Positions 28,822 to 37,134 of a stretch of 47,274 nt of DNA are shown here, one piece after another. The notes beneath the pieces are model-generated. The model had not been told where the DNA came from. It did no database searches and was given only the letters and a program-made list of their open reading frames with translations. Each line of letters starts with the position of its first letter. Positions within the stretch are counted from its first letter, which is position 1. The position numbers and the translations under genes are program-made. Source of the DNA: Bacteriovoracaceae bacterium (GTDB lineage Bacteria > Bdellovibrionota > Bacteriovoracia > Bacteriovoracales > Bacteriovoracaceae); contig JAGSHJ010000001.1 of assembly GCA_023954595.1 (NCBI GenBank), positions 1 through 47,274 of the forward strand, written 5' to 3'.

Positions 28822-30570
28822 ATGATGTTCCATATTCACCAAACTCACCACACAATTGCCGACTTTCAGGCAATTGGAAACACGCTTAAAAGCACTATTG
28901 AGAGCAATCAGACGGGAGTTCACGTTTTTCCAGAACTCTTCCTATGTGGCTATCCTCTTCATGATTTGTGCCTACAAAAGTCCTTCATTGAGACTTATCA
29001 GAAGTTCTTGAATGAGCTGGATCAATGGGCCCAAAAACAGAAGAAATCAGACCAAATTCTCCTTGTTGGAGGGATTAAATACGACCTAACAGAGGATGGT
29101 CTTCCTCTAAAACTTTCCAATGTGATTTATAAAGTAGAAGCTGGCAGCCCAATATCTGCAATCTACACCAAGCAGCTCCTGCCAAATTACGATATTTTCG
29201 ATGAGATGAAGTATTTCACAGCAGGTTCAACTCCAGGTGTGCTGGAGTATAAAGGTAAACAAATTGGCCTTTTAATTTGCGAAGACATGTGGTCATCAAG
29301 CTTTCATCAAAAAGATCCAGTTCTTGATCTCAAGCACTTATGTGACAAAGATGAAATTAAACTCGACATGTTAGTAAACCTCTCTGCAAGCCCATTTGTT
29401 ATAGAGAAAAATGAGAAGAGATTAAATAGGGCCAAGTTCATATCAAACCTTTTTGAGGCACCATACTTATATGTAAATCGCGTTGGTGCTGAGGATGAGA
29501 TCCTATTTGATGGAAGAAGCTTTGTAGTATCTGGTGATAAACTTGAATGTGAGTTAGCACGCTTTAGGCCAGATTCAGCAACCTTTAACTTGAAAGAACA
29601 ATCTGGTACCTACTCTCCAGATATTAAGGCGGCACAGGCCAATACATGGGAGGAGCTATTCGCAGCACGAATTTCTCCAAAAGCTCCATCACTAAGTCAA
29701 TTCTCACCTGAGCAATGTGAGGAAGTTCTTGAGGCCTTATGTTTTGGTTTCCAAGATTATGCTAGAAAAAATGGCTTTAATCGCTTCACTATAGCCTTGT
29801 CTGGTGGAATGGACTCCGCACTAGTTTTAACAATCATTAAGTTATCTTTAAAAGAGGGACAATATCTAGAGGCGATTTACATGCCAAGTGTTCACTCCTC
29901 TACTTTGAGCTATGACTTGTCTTTGGATCTTTGTGAAAATTTAGGAATACCTTTTAAGTCTCTTCCTATTAAGTTTTTACATTCTACTTCTAAGAACTTG
30001 TTCACCCAAACCTTTCAAGACAGCTTCGAAGGGCTTACTGATGAAAACATTCAATCAAGGCTCAGAGGCATGCTTCTGTACACACGCTCCAATCAGATAG
30101 GATCAATGGTTGTTAACACATCCAATAAGTCAGAGCTCGCCGTAGGCTATTCAACTCAATATGGCGATAGCGTAGGAGCAATCTCCATGCTCGGCGATTT
30201 ATATAAATCAGAAGTTTTTCACCTGGCGAACTATATCAATGAAACCAGAAATAATATTATCCCTGAGCGGATTATTACTCGCCCACCGTCAGCAGAGCTT
30301 CGTCCAGATCAAGTAGACACTGAGTCTCTTCCACCATACGAGAGGCTTGATGCTATTCTAGAAGGGCTTTTAACTTATCGCCACTCGATGGATGATCTTA
30401 TTTCTTTTGGTTTCAAGGAAGAAGAAGTGCAAAGAGTGTTCAATCTTTATAGAAAAAGTGAATACAAGAGATACCAATTCTGTCCAATCATTAAAATAAG
30501 CTCGAAAAGTTTTGGATTTGGGTATAGAATCCCACTAAGTAAGGACTCGAACTTTTATATCAATAAATGA
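28822..30570 (+). CDS. nadE: glutamine-dependent NAD+ synthetase
   Basis: The N-terminal CN-hydrolase domain has the E/K/C triad contexts FPELFLCGYP and LLICEDMW. The C-terminal NAD synthetase domain has the PP-loop LSGGMDSA. The start is placed at the ATG at 28822 (AAGGAA 8 nt upstream) rather than the TTG at 28795. Confidence 0.9.
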   Translation: MMFHIHQTHHTIADFQAIGNTLKSTIESNQTGVHVFPELFLCGYPLHDLCLQKSFIETYQKFLNELDQWAQKQKKSDQILLVGGIKYDLTEDGLPLKLSNVIYKVEAGSPISAIYTKQLLPNYDIFDEMKYFTAGSTPGVLEYKGKQIGLLICEDMWSSSFHQKDPVLDLKHLCDKDEIKLDMLVNLSASPFVIEKNEKRLNRAKFISNLFEAPYLYVNRVGAEDEILFDGRSFVVSGDKLECELARFRPDSATFNLKEQSGTYSPDIKAAQANTWEELFAARISPKAPSLSQFSPEQCEEVLEALCFGFQDYARKNGFNRFTIALSGGMDSALVLTIIKLSLKEGQYLEAIYMPSVHSSTLSYDLSLDLCENLGIPFKSLPIKFLHSTSKNLFTQTFQDSFEGLTDENIQSRLRGMLLYTRSNQIGSMVVNTSNKSELAVGYSTQYGDSVGAISMLGDLYKSEVFHLANYINETRNNIIPERIITRPPSAELRPDQVDTESLPPYERLDAILEGLLTYRHSMDDLISFGFKEEEVQRVFNLYRKSEYKRYQFCPIIKISSKSFGFGYRIPLSKDSNFYINK

Positions 30571-30584
30571 AGGAGAAAGTGAAA

Positions 30585-31097
30585 ATGAGCAAGCCTAGTC
30601 AAATCATCCAGTCTTGGAAGACATTGAAGAAAAGTGTAGATCAGTTTATGAAGGATAATAAGTCTTTGGATGAGCTTCAAAAATCTGTGAAGAAGATTGC
30701 TCAAAAAGCACAACAAGACCTTTCAACTGTAGTTGAGCAAGATGTTGATAAAGTTCGTAACCGCATCAAAAAAGAAACTAAAGAGATTGAAAAGAAAGTT
30801 GAAAAAGCAGTAAATTCTGAGATTGCAAAGGCACGCAAGTTTGTTGAGCAACAAAAGAAAGAGCTAGCAAAGATTCAAGACAGACTAGAAAGTTTAGTTC
30901 CAAATAAGAAAGTTGCTAAAAAGGCCACAAAGAAAAAGGTAGCTAAAAAGGCTACAAAGAAAGCAACGAAAAAAGTAGCAAAGAAAACGACTACAAAGAA
31001 AGCTACTAAGAAGGCGGCACCTAAAAAGGCAACGGCCAATAAAGCAACAAAGAAGAAGGCAACGAAAAAAGCAACTAAGAAGCCAACTCAAAAATAA
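30585..31097 (+). CDS. coiled-coil protein with a histone H1-like Lys/Ala/Thr-rich tail
   Basis: The N-terminal ~105 aa are helical and charged. The C-terminal ~60 aa are KKATKK-type repeats (KKVAKKATKKKVAKKATKKATKKVAKK...). The start is probably the ATG at 30585 (AAGGAG 8 nt upstream). An in-frame ATG at 30567 overlaps the nadE TGA. Confidence 0.7.
   Translation: MSKPSQIIQSWKTLKKSVDQFMKDNKSLDELQKSVKKIAQKAQQDLSTVVEQDVDKVRNRIKKETKEIEKKVEKAVNSEIAKARKFVEQQKKELAKIQDRLESLVPNKKVAKKATKKKVAKKATKKATKKVAKKTTTKKATKKAAPKKATANKATKKKATKKATKKPTQK
30906..31094 (+). repeat. in-frame low-complexity AAR/GCN/ACN codon repeat encoding the KKATKK tail
   Basis: Visible reiteration of aaaaaggc(t/c)acaaagaaa-type units across about 190 nt. 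Confidence 0.7.
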
Positions 31098-31104
31098 ACA
31101 AAAT

Positions 31105-31136
31105 AAAAAAACCGTCCTAGTGACGGTTTTTTTTTA
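31105..31136. terminator. bidirectional rho-independent terminator
   Basis: Stem ACCGTC (31111..31116) pairs with GACGGT (31122..31127). An A-run precedes it and a run of 9 T follows. It lies between convergent genes. Confidence 0.7.
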
Positions 31137-31149
31137 TTATTTTTTTAAC

Positions 31150-32484
31150 CTAATCCTCAGTCTTCTCTATCTCACCGACATGATAAACTTTACCTCGACC
31201 AGACTTCTTAGAAACATACATCATAGAGTCAGCAAAATTTATAATTTCCGTAGCAGTTGTGGCATCTGTTGGATACTCAGCAATTCCTATTGAAAGACTT
31301 AACTGGTAATTTTTCGCTTCTCCGATATTAAAGCTTTTCATCTTAACCGCCTCTCTTACTCGTAGCGCGATATTATGAACGGCGCTAATTGGGGCCTCAG
31401 GCATAATGACAACAAATTCATCCCCGCCATACCTATAGATCTTATCGGTAGATCTAAGTACTCTTCTCAACTCTTCAGCAATTTCAAGAAGCATCTGAGA
31501 GCCTACGACATGACCAAAGTTATCGTTAACTTGTTTAAAGTGATCCACATCGATAAACATTACTGAGAATGTTTTTTCGGCCTCTTTATGACTTTCTATT
31601 GCCTTCTCAAGATCCTGGCCAAGTTTTCTTTGATTAAAAAGACCTGTTACATCATCTTTATTTGCTAGATCAATGTAGCCGCTGATTTTTTCAAGATTCT
31701 TTCGATAAATTAATGCGTTTTCTAGGTGTCTAAAGAACAGATCGTTTAAGATAAAATCTTTCTGAGATTTATCTAGCCTGCACACACACCAAGTTTCTTG
31801 CTCCTGCTTTCTATAAACGGGAAAAGCGCACAAGGTTGTTTTCTCACTCAGCTCCACCTCTATAGTTTGACCTATAAAGATCCGTGGTAATTGGAATTCC
31901 TTAATCTTTTTATAGATATCTCGCTCTTTAATTTCAACACCAGCTACTAGATCGAAGTTTCTTTGATCATAACTGAGGATGGAAAGTTCCACGCCTTCGT
32001 CGAAATTATTAAAATAAGAGCTTAATTTTTGAAAAAGGTCTAAATCTGTCTTTACTTTAATTGGAGAAGACAACAACTCCATCAGGTGCCCAAGCGGTAG
32101 ATCAAGTTTTCCGTCTTTGAAGTTTCTCAAATCACTTCTAATTAGGGCCTTTTGTAATTGCTCAGGACAGTACTTTCTATCTAAAACCATTGAAAGTGAG
32201 AACTCAAAAGCTTTAAGTAAAGTAGCAAAGTCTCGCTTTTGAAAGATGACATTTATAGGAAGCGTCCTTCTAGAGCGCTTTATTTGAGCGATATTTTTTT
32301 CAAACTCTTCTACACTGGAGTCATGTAAATAAAATAAAGAATGGGCCTTAAACTCAATGCTATCCAACTCTGAAGCACTATTAATGTTTTGAACTTCAAA
32401 TTCTTCATTTAAGTCCGTAAGACACTGCTCAAACTTACGTTTTTTCCGTTGATCAAAATTCAATAGAAGAATTTTTCTCGTCAT
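31150..32484 (-). CDS. diguanylate cyclase (GGDEF) with an N-terminal receiver-like domain
   Basis: 444 aa. Active site RYGGDEF with an RSTD (RxxD I-site) five residues upstream. N-terminus KILLLNFD...LFYLHD... is receiver-like but partly degenerate. Confidence 0.85.
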   Translation of the reverse strand: MTRKILLLNFDQRKKRKFEQCLTDLNEEFEVQNINSASELDSIEFKAHSLFYLHDSSVEEFEKNIAQIKRSRRTLPINVIFQKRDFATLLKAFEFSLSMVLDRKYCPEQLQKALIRSDLRNFKDGKLDLPLGHLMELLSSPIKVKTDLDLFQKLSSYFNNFDEGVELSILSYDQRNFDLVAGVEIKERDIYKKIKEFQLPRIFIGQTIEVELSEKTTLCAFPVYRKQEQETWCVCRLDKSQKDFILNDLFFRHLENALIYRKNLEKISGYIDLANKDDVTGLFNQRKLGQDLEKAIESHKEAEKTFSVMFIDVDHFKQVNDNFGHVVGSQMLLEIAEELRRVLRSTDKIYRYGGDEFVVIMPEAPISAVHNIALRVREAVKMKSFNIGEAKNYQLSLSIGIAEYPTDATTATEIINFADSMMYVSKKSGRGKVYHVGEIEKTED

Positions 32485-32487
32485 AAT

Positions 32488-34875
32488 TTAAACGTCCAGA
32501 CTCTTCTTTAAATTTTTTATATCTCTTAGAGGAGCTTCATCCTCTTCTAATTCACCGATTGCTCTTCTCAAAGTATTGATAACCCTCTCCATTCTCTCTT
32601 CCATGGCGTACTTGTTATCGACGGTTTTCTTCTCTTTGACTTGGATAGACTCCATATCAAACTCCAGAGTATCTATCTTGCGTTTAAGCTCTAGTATTTT
32701 GAAGTCTCTATTTCTTATCTGAAGCTCAGTATCTGCTTTTAAAAGTTCAAGTTTATTTTCAAGCTCACGCTCTCTATTCTTGATTTTATTGAGATCCACA
32801 GATGTTTTCTTTCTTAGTTTTTCATTCTCTTGTTCAAGACGCTTGTTCTTTTCTTCAAGAATTGATTTTTTCTCATCTGCCAACTCGACTCTATAGCGCA
32901 GCTCATCGAGTTGCTTAACTCTTCTTTTATTAATAAGACTTATTTCAATGCGCTTTTCTTCCAACTCTGCTTGAAGCGTAGAAAAGTCAGATTTGTCATT
33001 ACTAATTTTATCCTCTAGTTGAGCGACCTTATCTAGAAGGGCCTGTCTGTCTTGGCGAAGATGTTTAATTGTTTCTCCAAGTCGGGAAAATTCATTGTCA
33101 TGACTCTCTAGAATCCCTTTCTGCTCATCAATCGTTTTATTGCCACTTAAAGAAAAGTCACTATTCGATGGAGTTTGCTCTGCCAGGTAGTTATCTTCAG
33201 CAGGTTCCATCTGGGCATCATAAGTAAAAACTTGTGTCGCCGAGGAGTCTGAACTTTCCTGAGTCGGGTCGAAGTCCTCTTCCTCTGAGTTTAGTTGGTT
33301 AACAATGTCGATATCAGATGATGGTTCGTTTTCATCAAATGCCATCATCTTTTCTATTTCGGCCAGCTTCTCTAATGCATCATCACTCATTTCATTACTG
33401 GTGCCAGAGGAATTCAACTCTGGTGCATCAGGCAGACTGTCTGCAGACAAAGAGTCTTCACTACCCTGATTAAACAAATCATCGTCTGATAGGGATAGCT
33501 CGTCTTCAGGCATATCAAAGCCTGGTTCTGTATTAACCTTGAATTCATTATGCGTTTGTTCTGGTTCTTGCTCTGTTTCTTGCTCTGGTTCTTGTGCACC
33601 AAACGACAGGTCTTCGAGCTCTTCAATGTCATCATTAAAGTTCAACTCAGCAGCTGCTGCATCTTCAGAGAGATCAACTTCTTGGGAACCATCGCCAAAT
33701 TCAATGGCCTCTTCTTCATCTGAAAGTTCAAGAGATGATAGGTCCACATCACTGGAGATATCCTCACCTAGATCATCCGAAAGACTTAATTCGGCTTCAT
33801 CAGCTTCAATTCCTAAATCAGCATCTTCAGCTGAGATTAATTCATCTGCACCCAAATCGAGATCCATTCCAGCGTCCATGTCTTCGGACAAACTTAAATC
33901 CTGTGATTCATCCATCTCTTGACCTAAATCAAGTGCATCACTTAGGTCATCGTTACCAAGTTCTAGTGAATCATCTGAGTCAGAACTCAGCTCAAGGCCA
34001 TCATCGGAGTCTTCTCCCAACTCTAGCCCATTATCCTCTTCAATAACTAGTTGCTCATCTGAGCCGGCAAGATCAAGGCCTAATTCTTCAGTCCCATCGC
34101 CCAACTCCATCCCAGAATCATCATCAAGGGATAAATCAAGGCCACTTTCATCACTATCGCCAACTTCTAATTCAGAAGCGGATTCTAAATCTAGCTCTTT
34201 ATCGTCTATGGCCATTTCCGGCTCCTCGTCTATTTGTACTTCGGTATCTCCAGACTGCTCACCTTCCATTGCAGATAGGTCCAAGTCAGGATAAGTTCCT
34301 TCTGATACGCCCTCACTTGCATGCAAGGCATCATCTCCATCTTTTTTCTCTAGTTCTTCAATTTCTTTTAAGGCCTCACTCGATTCAGGGACCTCGCCAA
34401 GAGTTTCGCGAAACACTTCATCCAGCATTCCACTTGTTTCCATCGCACTTTCATCGACATCTAGACGTTCTTCGTGCTCAGAAAGAACCTGCTTTTGCTT
34501 ATCCAACAGCCCTACTGATAACTTTTCGCCTAAAAGTGGCTCAAGCACACTGATGAGAACACGCTCATCAACAGGGCACTTTAGATATACGTCCCCTCCA
34601 AGCTTTGACTTCTGGTGTTTTGCAATTTCTTTCGAGGACATTTTTGATGTTATAAAAACAAGATTGAAGTTGATTTTGAGCTTTTTTAAGGCCTTAAGCT
34701 TTTTTTCAAGCTTCTTTCTCTCAAAATCCAAGTCGAAAATGAGTAAATCCCCCTCATCCACTTCCGTGACAAGGTCCTCAACATCTTCAAAGAGGTCGAT
34801 ATCTACATATTTCCCGGCCAAACCAAGAAATTGCTCTAATGAATCCGATTCACTGTCCCAGATTAGGGTTTTCAT
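32488..34875 (-). CDS. receiver-domain / hyper-acidic repeat / C-terminal coiled-coil protein (FrzS/AglZ-like architecture)
   Basis: 795 aa. Residues 1-115 are CheY-like (LLIFDLD, LVFITSK, GGDVYLKCPVD). Residues ~180-575 are D/E/S/L/G-rich. Residues ~596-795 are heptad-rich and K/E/R/L-rich. The stop lies 3 nt before the GGDEF gene start. Confidence 0.7.
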   Translation of the reverse strand: MKTLIWDSESDSLEQFLGLAGKYVDIDLFEDVEDLVTEVDEGDLLIFDLDFERKKLEKKLKALKKLKINFNLVFITSKMSSKEIAKHQKSKLGGDVYLKCPVDERVLISVLEPLLGEKLSVGLLDKQKQVLSEHEERLDVDESAMETSGMLDEVFRETLGEVPESSEALKEIEELEKKDGDDALHASEGVSEGTYPDLDLSAMEGEQSGDTEVQIDEEPEMAIDDKELDLESASELEVGDSDESGLDLSLDDDSGMELGDGTEELGLDLAGSDEQLVIEEDNGLELGEDSDDGLELSSDSDDSLELGNDDLSDALDLGQEMDESQDLSLSEDMDAGMDLDLGADELISAEDADLGIEADEAELSLSDDLGEDISSDVDLSSLELSDEEEAIEFGDGSQEVDLSEDAAAAELNFNDDIEELEDLSFGAQEPEQETEQEPEQTHNEFKVNTEPGFDMPEDELSLSDDDLFNQGSEDSLSADSLPDAPELNSSGTSNEMSDDALEKLAEIEKMMAFDENEPSSDIDIVNQLNSEEEDFDPTQESSDSSATQVFTYDAQMEPAEDNYLAEQTPSNSDFSLSGNKTIDEQKGILESHDNEFSRLGETIKHLRQDRQALLDKVAQLEDKISNDKSDFSTLQAELEEKRIEISLINKRRVKQLDELRYRVELADEKKSILEEKNKRLEQENEKLRKKTSVDLNKIKNRERELENKLELLKADTELQIRNRDFKILELKRKIDTLEFDMESIQVKEKKTVDNKYAMEERMERVINTLRRAIGELEEDEAPLRDIKNLKKSLDV
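33556..33594 (-). repeat. 3.25 copies of a 12-nt in-frame tandem repeat
   Basis: The coding strand reads CAAGAACCAGAG / CAAGAAACAGAG / CAAGAACCAGAA / CAA, encoding QEPEQETEQEPEQ. Confidence 0.8.
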
Positions 34876-35028
34876 ACTTATTCTTCTCCATTCTTCACTT
34901 TTAATGATAACAGAGACATAGATGCTGCAATAGGCGGTAAAAAGATTTCAATTGGTTAGAATAGTTCCTATTGATAAAAGGTCTTTCGGACATTAAAATT
35001 TAACAAAAAACCCCAAGGCGGTACAAAA

Positions 35029-36060
35029 ATGCAATCAATCCTAAAGAGCACACTTCTCTTTATTATATCTTTCAATGTGTATGCTGAAGAGTTCCTTCCA
35101 GCAAACATCTACCAATTGGACTCTCGGTTCGCTCACCACGTAGTTGTGGTTGAGAAGTCGACACATAAGCTCTATTTATTTGAGAACGACAACTCCCGTC
35201 CAAAACTTCTAAAGACTTACCAAATCGCTACGGGAAAAATTACTGGGGATAAAAGAGTTCAAGGTGATGAAAAGACTCCTGAGGGCATTTATAGATTTCA
35301 GAAGTTTCGTCCAGCGTCAGACTTAGTTAGCTCTTACGGTGATTATGGCCTGATCTATGGAGCCGGTGCTTTTACAACAAACTACCCTAACATCATGGAC
35401 ATCAGAGCAGGAAAAACAGGTGGAGGAATTTGGCTTCACTCAACTGATGATGATTCTCGTGTTGGTAAAGGCCTAGACTCTAGAGGTTGTGTCGTTGCAG
35501 TCGATTCTGATCTAAAAGACATTTCGAAATATATTGACCTAAATAACACTCCAGTAGTTATAGTTCAAAACCTTCACTATTTGAAAGAGTCGACTTGGAC
35601 GGCCAATAAAAATCAATTGGCCAATGAAGTTTTAACTTGGGCAAAAGCTTGGAAAGAAAAAGACTTCGACACATACATCAATCAGTACTCTAAAACGGAT
35701 TTCTTTAATTCTAAAAAGGGTAACTACTCTCAGTTTAAATATTACAAGAAAGCTATTTTTTCTAGAACTGAAAAGCCTGAGATCGCTTTCAGAAATGTTT
35801 CTATTCTGGCCTACAACGATTACGCAGTTGTAACACTAGAGCAGGACTACAAATCTAAATTGATTCAAGATATTGGTAAAAAGATCCTATATTTCAAAAA
35901 AGATGCAAACTACAACTGGAAAATAGTTGCTGAACAATGGAAAAAGCTAGAGCCTAGCCAACAATTGTCTTTTGTACCTTCTCCGCGATTCTTTCCTACT
36001 ACTGAAGAACAAGTTGTTCAGTCTCAAGAAAGAAAAACTAGCAATATAAAAGAAAACTAA
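35029..36060 (+). CDS. L,D-transpeptidase-fold (YkuD) enzyme with a C-terminal NTF2/SnoaL-like domain (Csd6/Pgp2/Bd1075-like architecture)
   Basis: 343 aa with a signal peptide. The YkuD catalytic motif is IWLHSTDD...GLDSRGCVVA (His137/Cys154). The C-terminal LTWAKAWKEKDFDTYINQYS...VVTLEQDY...NWKIVAEQW fits the NTF2-like pattern. Confidence 0.75.
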   Translation: MQSILKSTLLFIISFNVYAEEFLPANIYQLDSRFAHHVVVVEKSTHKLYLFENDNSRPKLLKTYQIATGKITGDKRVQGDEKTPEGIYRFQKFRPASDLVSSYGDYGLIYGAGAFTTNYPNIMDIRAGKTGGGIWLHSTDDDSRVGKGLDSRGCVVAVDSDLKDISKYIDLNNTPVVIVQNLHYLKESTWTANKNQLANEVLTWAKAWKEKDFDTYINQYSKTDFFNSKKGNYSQFKYYKKAIFSRTEKPEIAFRNVSILAYNDYAVVTLEQDYKSKLIQDIGKKILYFKKDANYNWKIVAEQWKKLEPSQQLSFVPSPRFFPTTEEQVVQSQERKTSNIKEN

Positions 36061-36061
36061 A

Positions 36062-36784
36062 ATGATTCAAAAGCCTACTAAAGAGCTAACACTCATTGTT
36101 TATAATACGCCTAAGCCTCCTAGATATTTAAAAATAAATAAGAGGCTATTAAAGCTATTAATTTTTGCTATTCCATTTCTTCTTATTGTTTCTCTTTTAT
36201 TCTCACTTACAACTACTGTGTATATGAAGAAGAAGCTTGAAAACGCAAGAAGCCAAGAGCCAGCAATTATTACTTCTCTAAGATCCGAAAAAGAGCAGTT
36301 GTCATCCGAAGTCGAATCACTGAAGAAGGTAAATGCCAATCTTACTCAAAAGATTTCAGCAGGCTCAACTAGTGGCCCTGCAAGTGCATTGGCACTCTTC
36401 TCTACCCCAGTTGGGTATGAAGACTTCACAGAGAAAGAAATGGCAAAGCTTGAGAATATGAGTGCTAACTTCCGCCAAGACAAGGTGGAGTTTCGTTTTG
36501 ATTTGCTGAACAACTTAGAGGGTGACGAGAAACTATCAGGCTATATCAGCATTGTTCAGTTTGCTGACAACCATATGAGTTTTCACCCCCAGCATACTCT
36601 TACGGTTGAAAACAATAGATTAGACTTCTCTAAAGGTGAGAGTTTTGTAGTCTCTAGATTTAGACCTGTTATTGCAGAATTTGAGAAACCAAACAGCTTG
36701 GCCGTTTGGTATAAGGTTTTTATTTTTAGTCGCTCAGGCGACTTGATCAGCTATAAAGTGGCTGGTCCTTACCAGGTCAATTAA
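36062..36784 (+). CDS. bitopic membrane protein with a coiled coil, unknown function
   Basis: 240 aa. One TM segment (LLIFAIPFLLIVSLLFSLTTTVY), then a coiled coil (SLRSEKEQLSSEVESLKKVNANLTQK), then a beta-rich domain. The start lies 1 nt after the upstream stop. Confidence 0.55.
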   Translation: MIQKPTKELTLIVYNTPKPPRYLKINKRLLKLLIFAIPFLLIVSLLFSLTTTVYMKKKLENARSQEPAIITSLRSEKEQLSSEVESLKKVNANLTQKISAGSTSGPASALALFSTPVGYEDFTEKEMAKLENMSANFRQDKVEFRFDLLNNLEGDEKLSGYISIVQFADNHMSFHPQHTLTVENNRLDFSKGESFVVSRFRPVIAEFEKPNSLAVWYKVFIFSRSGDLISYKVAGPYQVN

Positions 36785-36785
36785 A

Positions 36786-37130
36786 ATGAAAGAAAGCGAA
36801 TTCAAATCTCTAAATTTCACAATGCTAGGAAAAGGCAGCGAGTATGAGGGTGATCTTAGACTCTCAGGCGACACAGTTGTAAACTGCAAGATCTTGGGCA
36901 CCTTAACGATTCTGGATGGCTCAAAGCTTACTATAGAGCGTGAAGCAATGATTGAAGGCTCAATTTACTGCAAAGATGTAGAAATTTTTGGAGAAGTTAG
37001 CGGGTCCATTTCAGCAGCAGGATCAATGGTAGTTAGATCTTCAGGAAAGGTTTCTGGCAATATCGAAGCAAAGAACCTCAGCGTCTATCCAGGCGCCCTA
37101 CTTAATATTGAAGGGCGCGCTCAAGAATAG
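36786..37130 (+). CDS. bactofilin (polymer-forming cytoskeletal protein)
   Basis: 114 aa. Repetitive beta-helix pattern GDLRLSGDTVVNCKILGTLTI...IEGSIYCKDVEIFGEVSGSISAAGSMVVRSSGKVSGNIEAKNLSVYPGA. The start lies 1 nt after the upstream stop. Confidence 0.85.
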   Translation: MKESEFKSLNFTMLGKGSEYEGDLRLSGDTVVNCKILGTLTILDGSKLTIEREAMIEGSIYCKDVEIFGEVSGSISAAGSMVVRSSGKVSGNIEAKNLSVYPGALLNIEGRAQE

Positions 37131-37134
37131 TTAC

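Noticed and set aside
33539-34921. Several plus-strand ORFs of 94-127 aa (33539..33922, 33735..34046, 34269..34553, 34553..34921) lie antisense to the acidic protein gene.
   Set aside because: They are Ser/Leu/His-rich mirror images of GAN/GAR/CTN codon repeats on the other strand. None has an RBS or a recognisable motif. They are a compositional artefact of the low-complexity gene.
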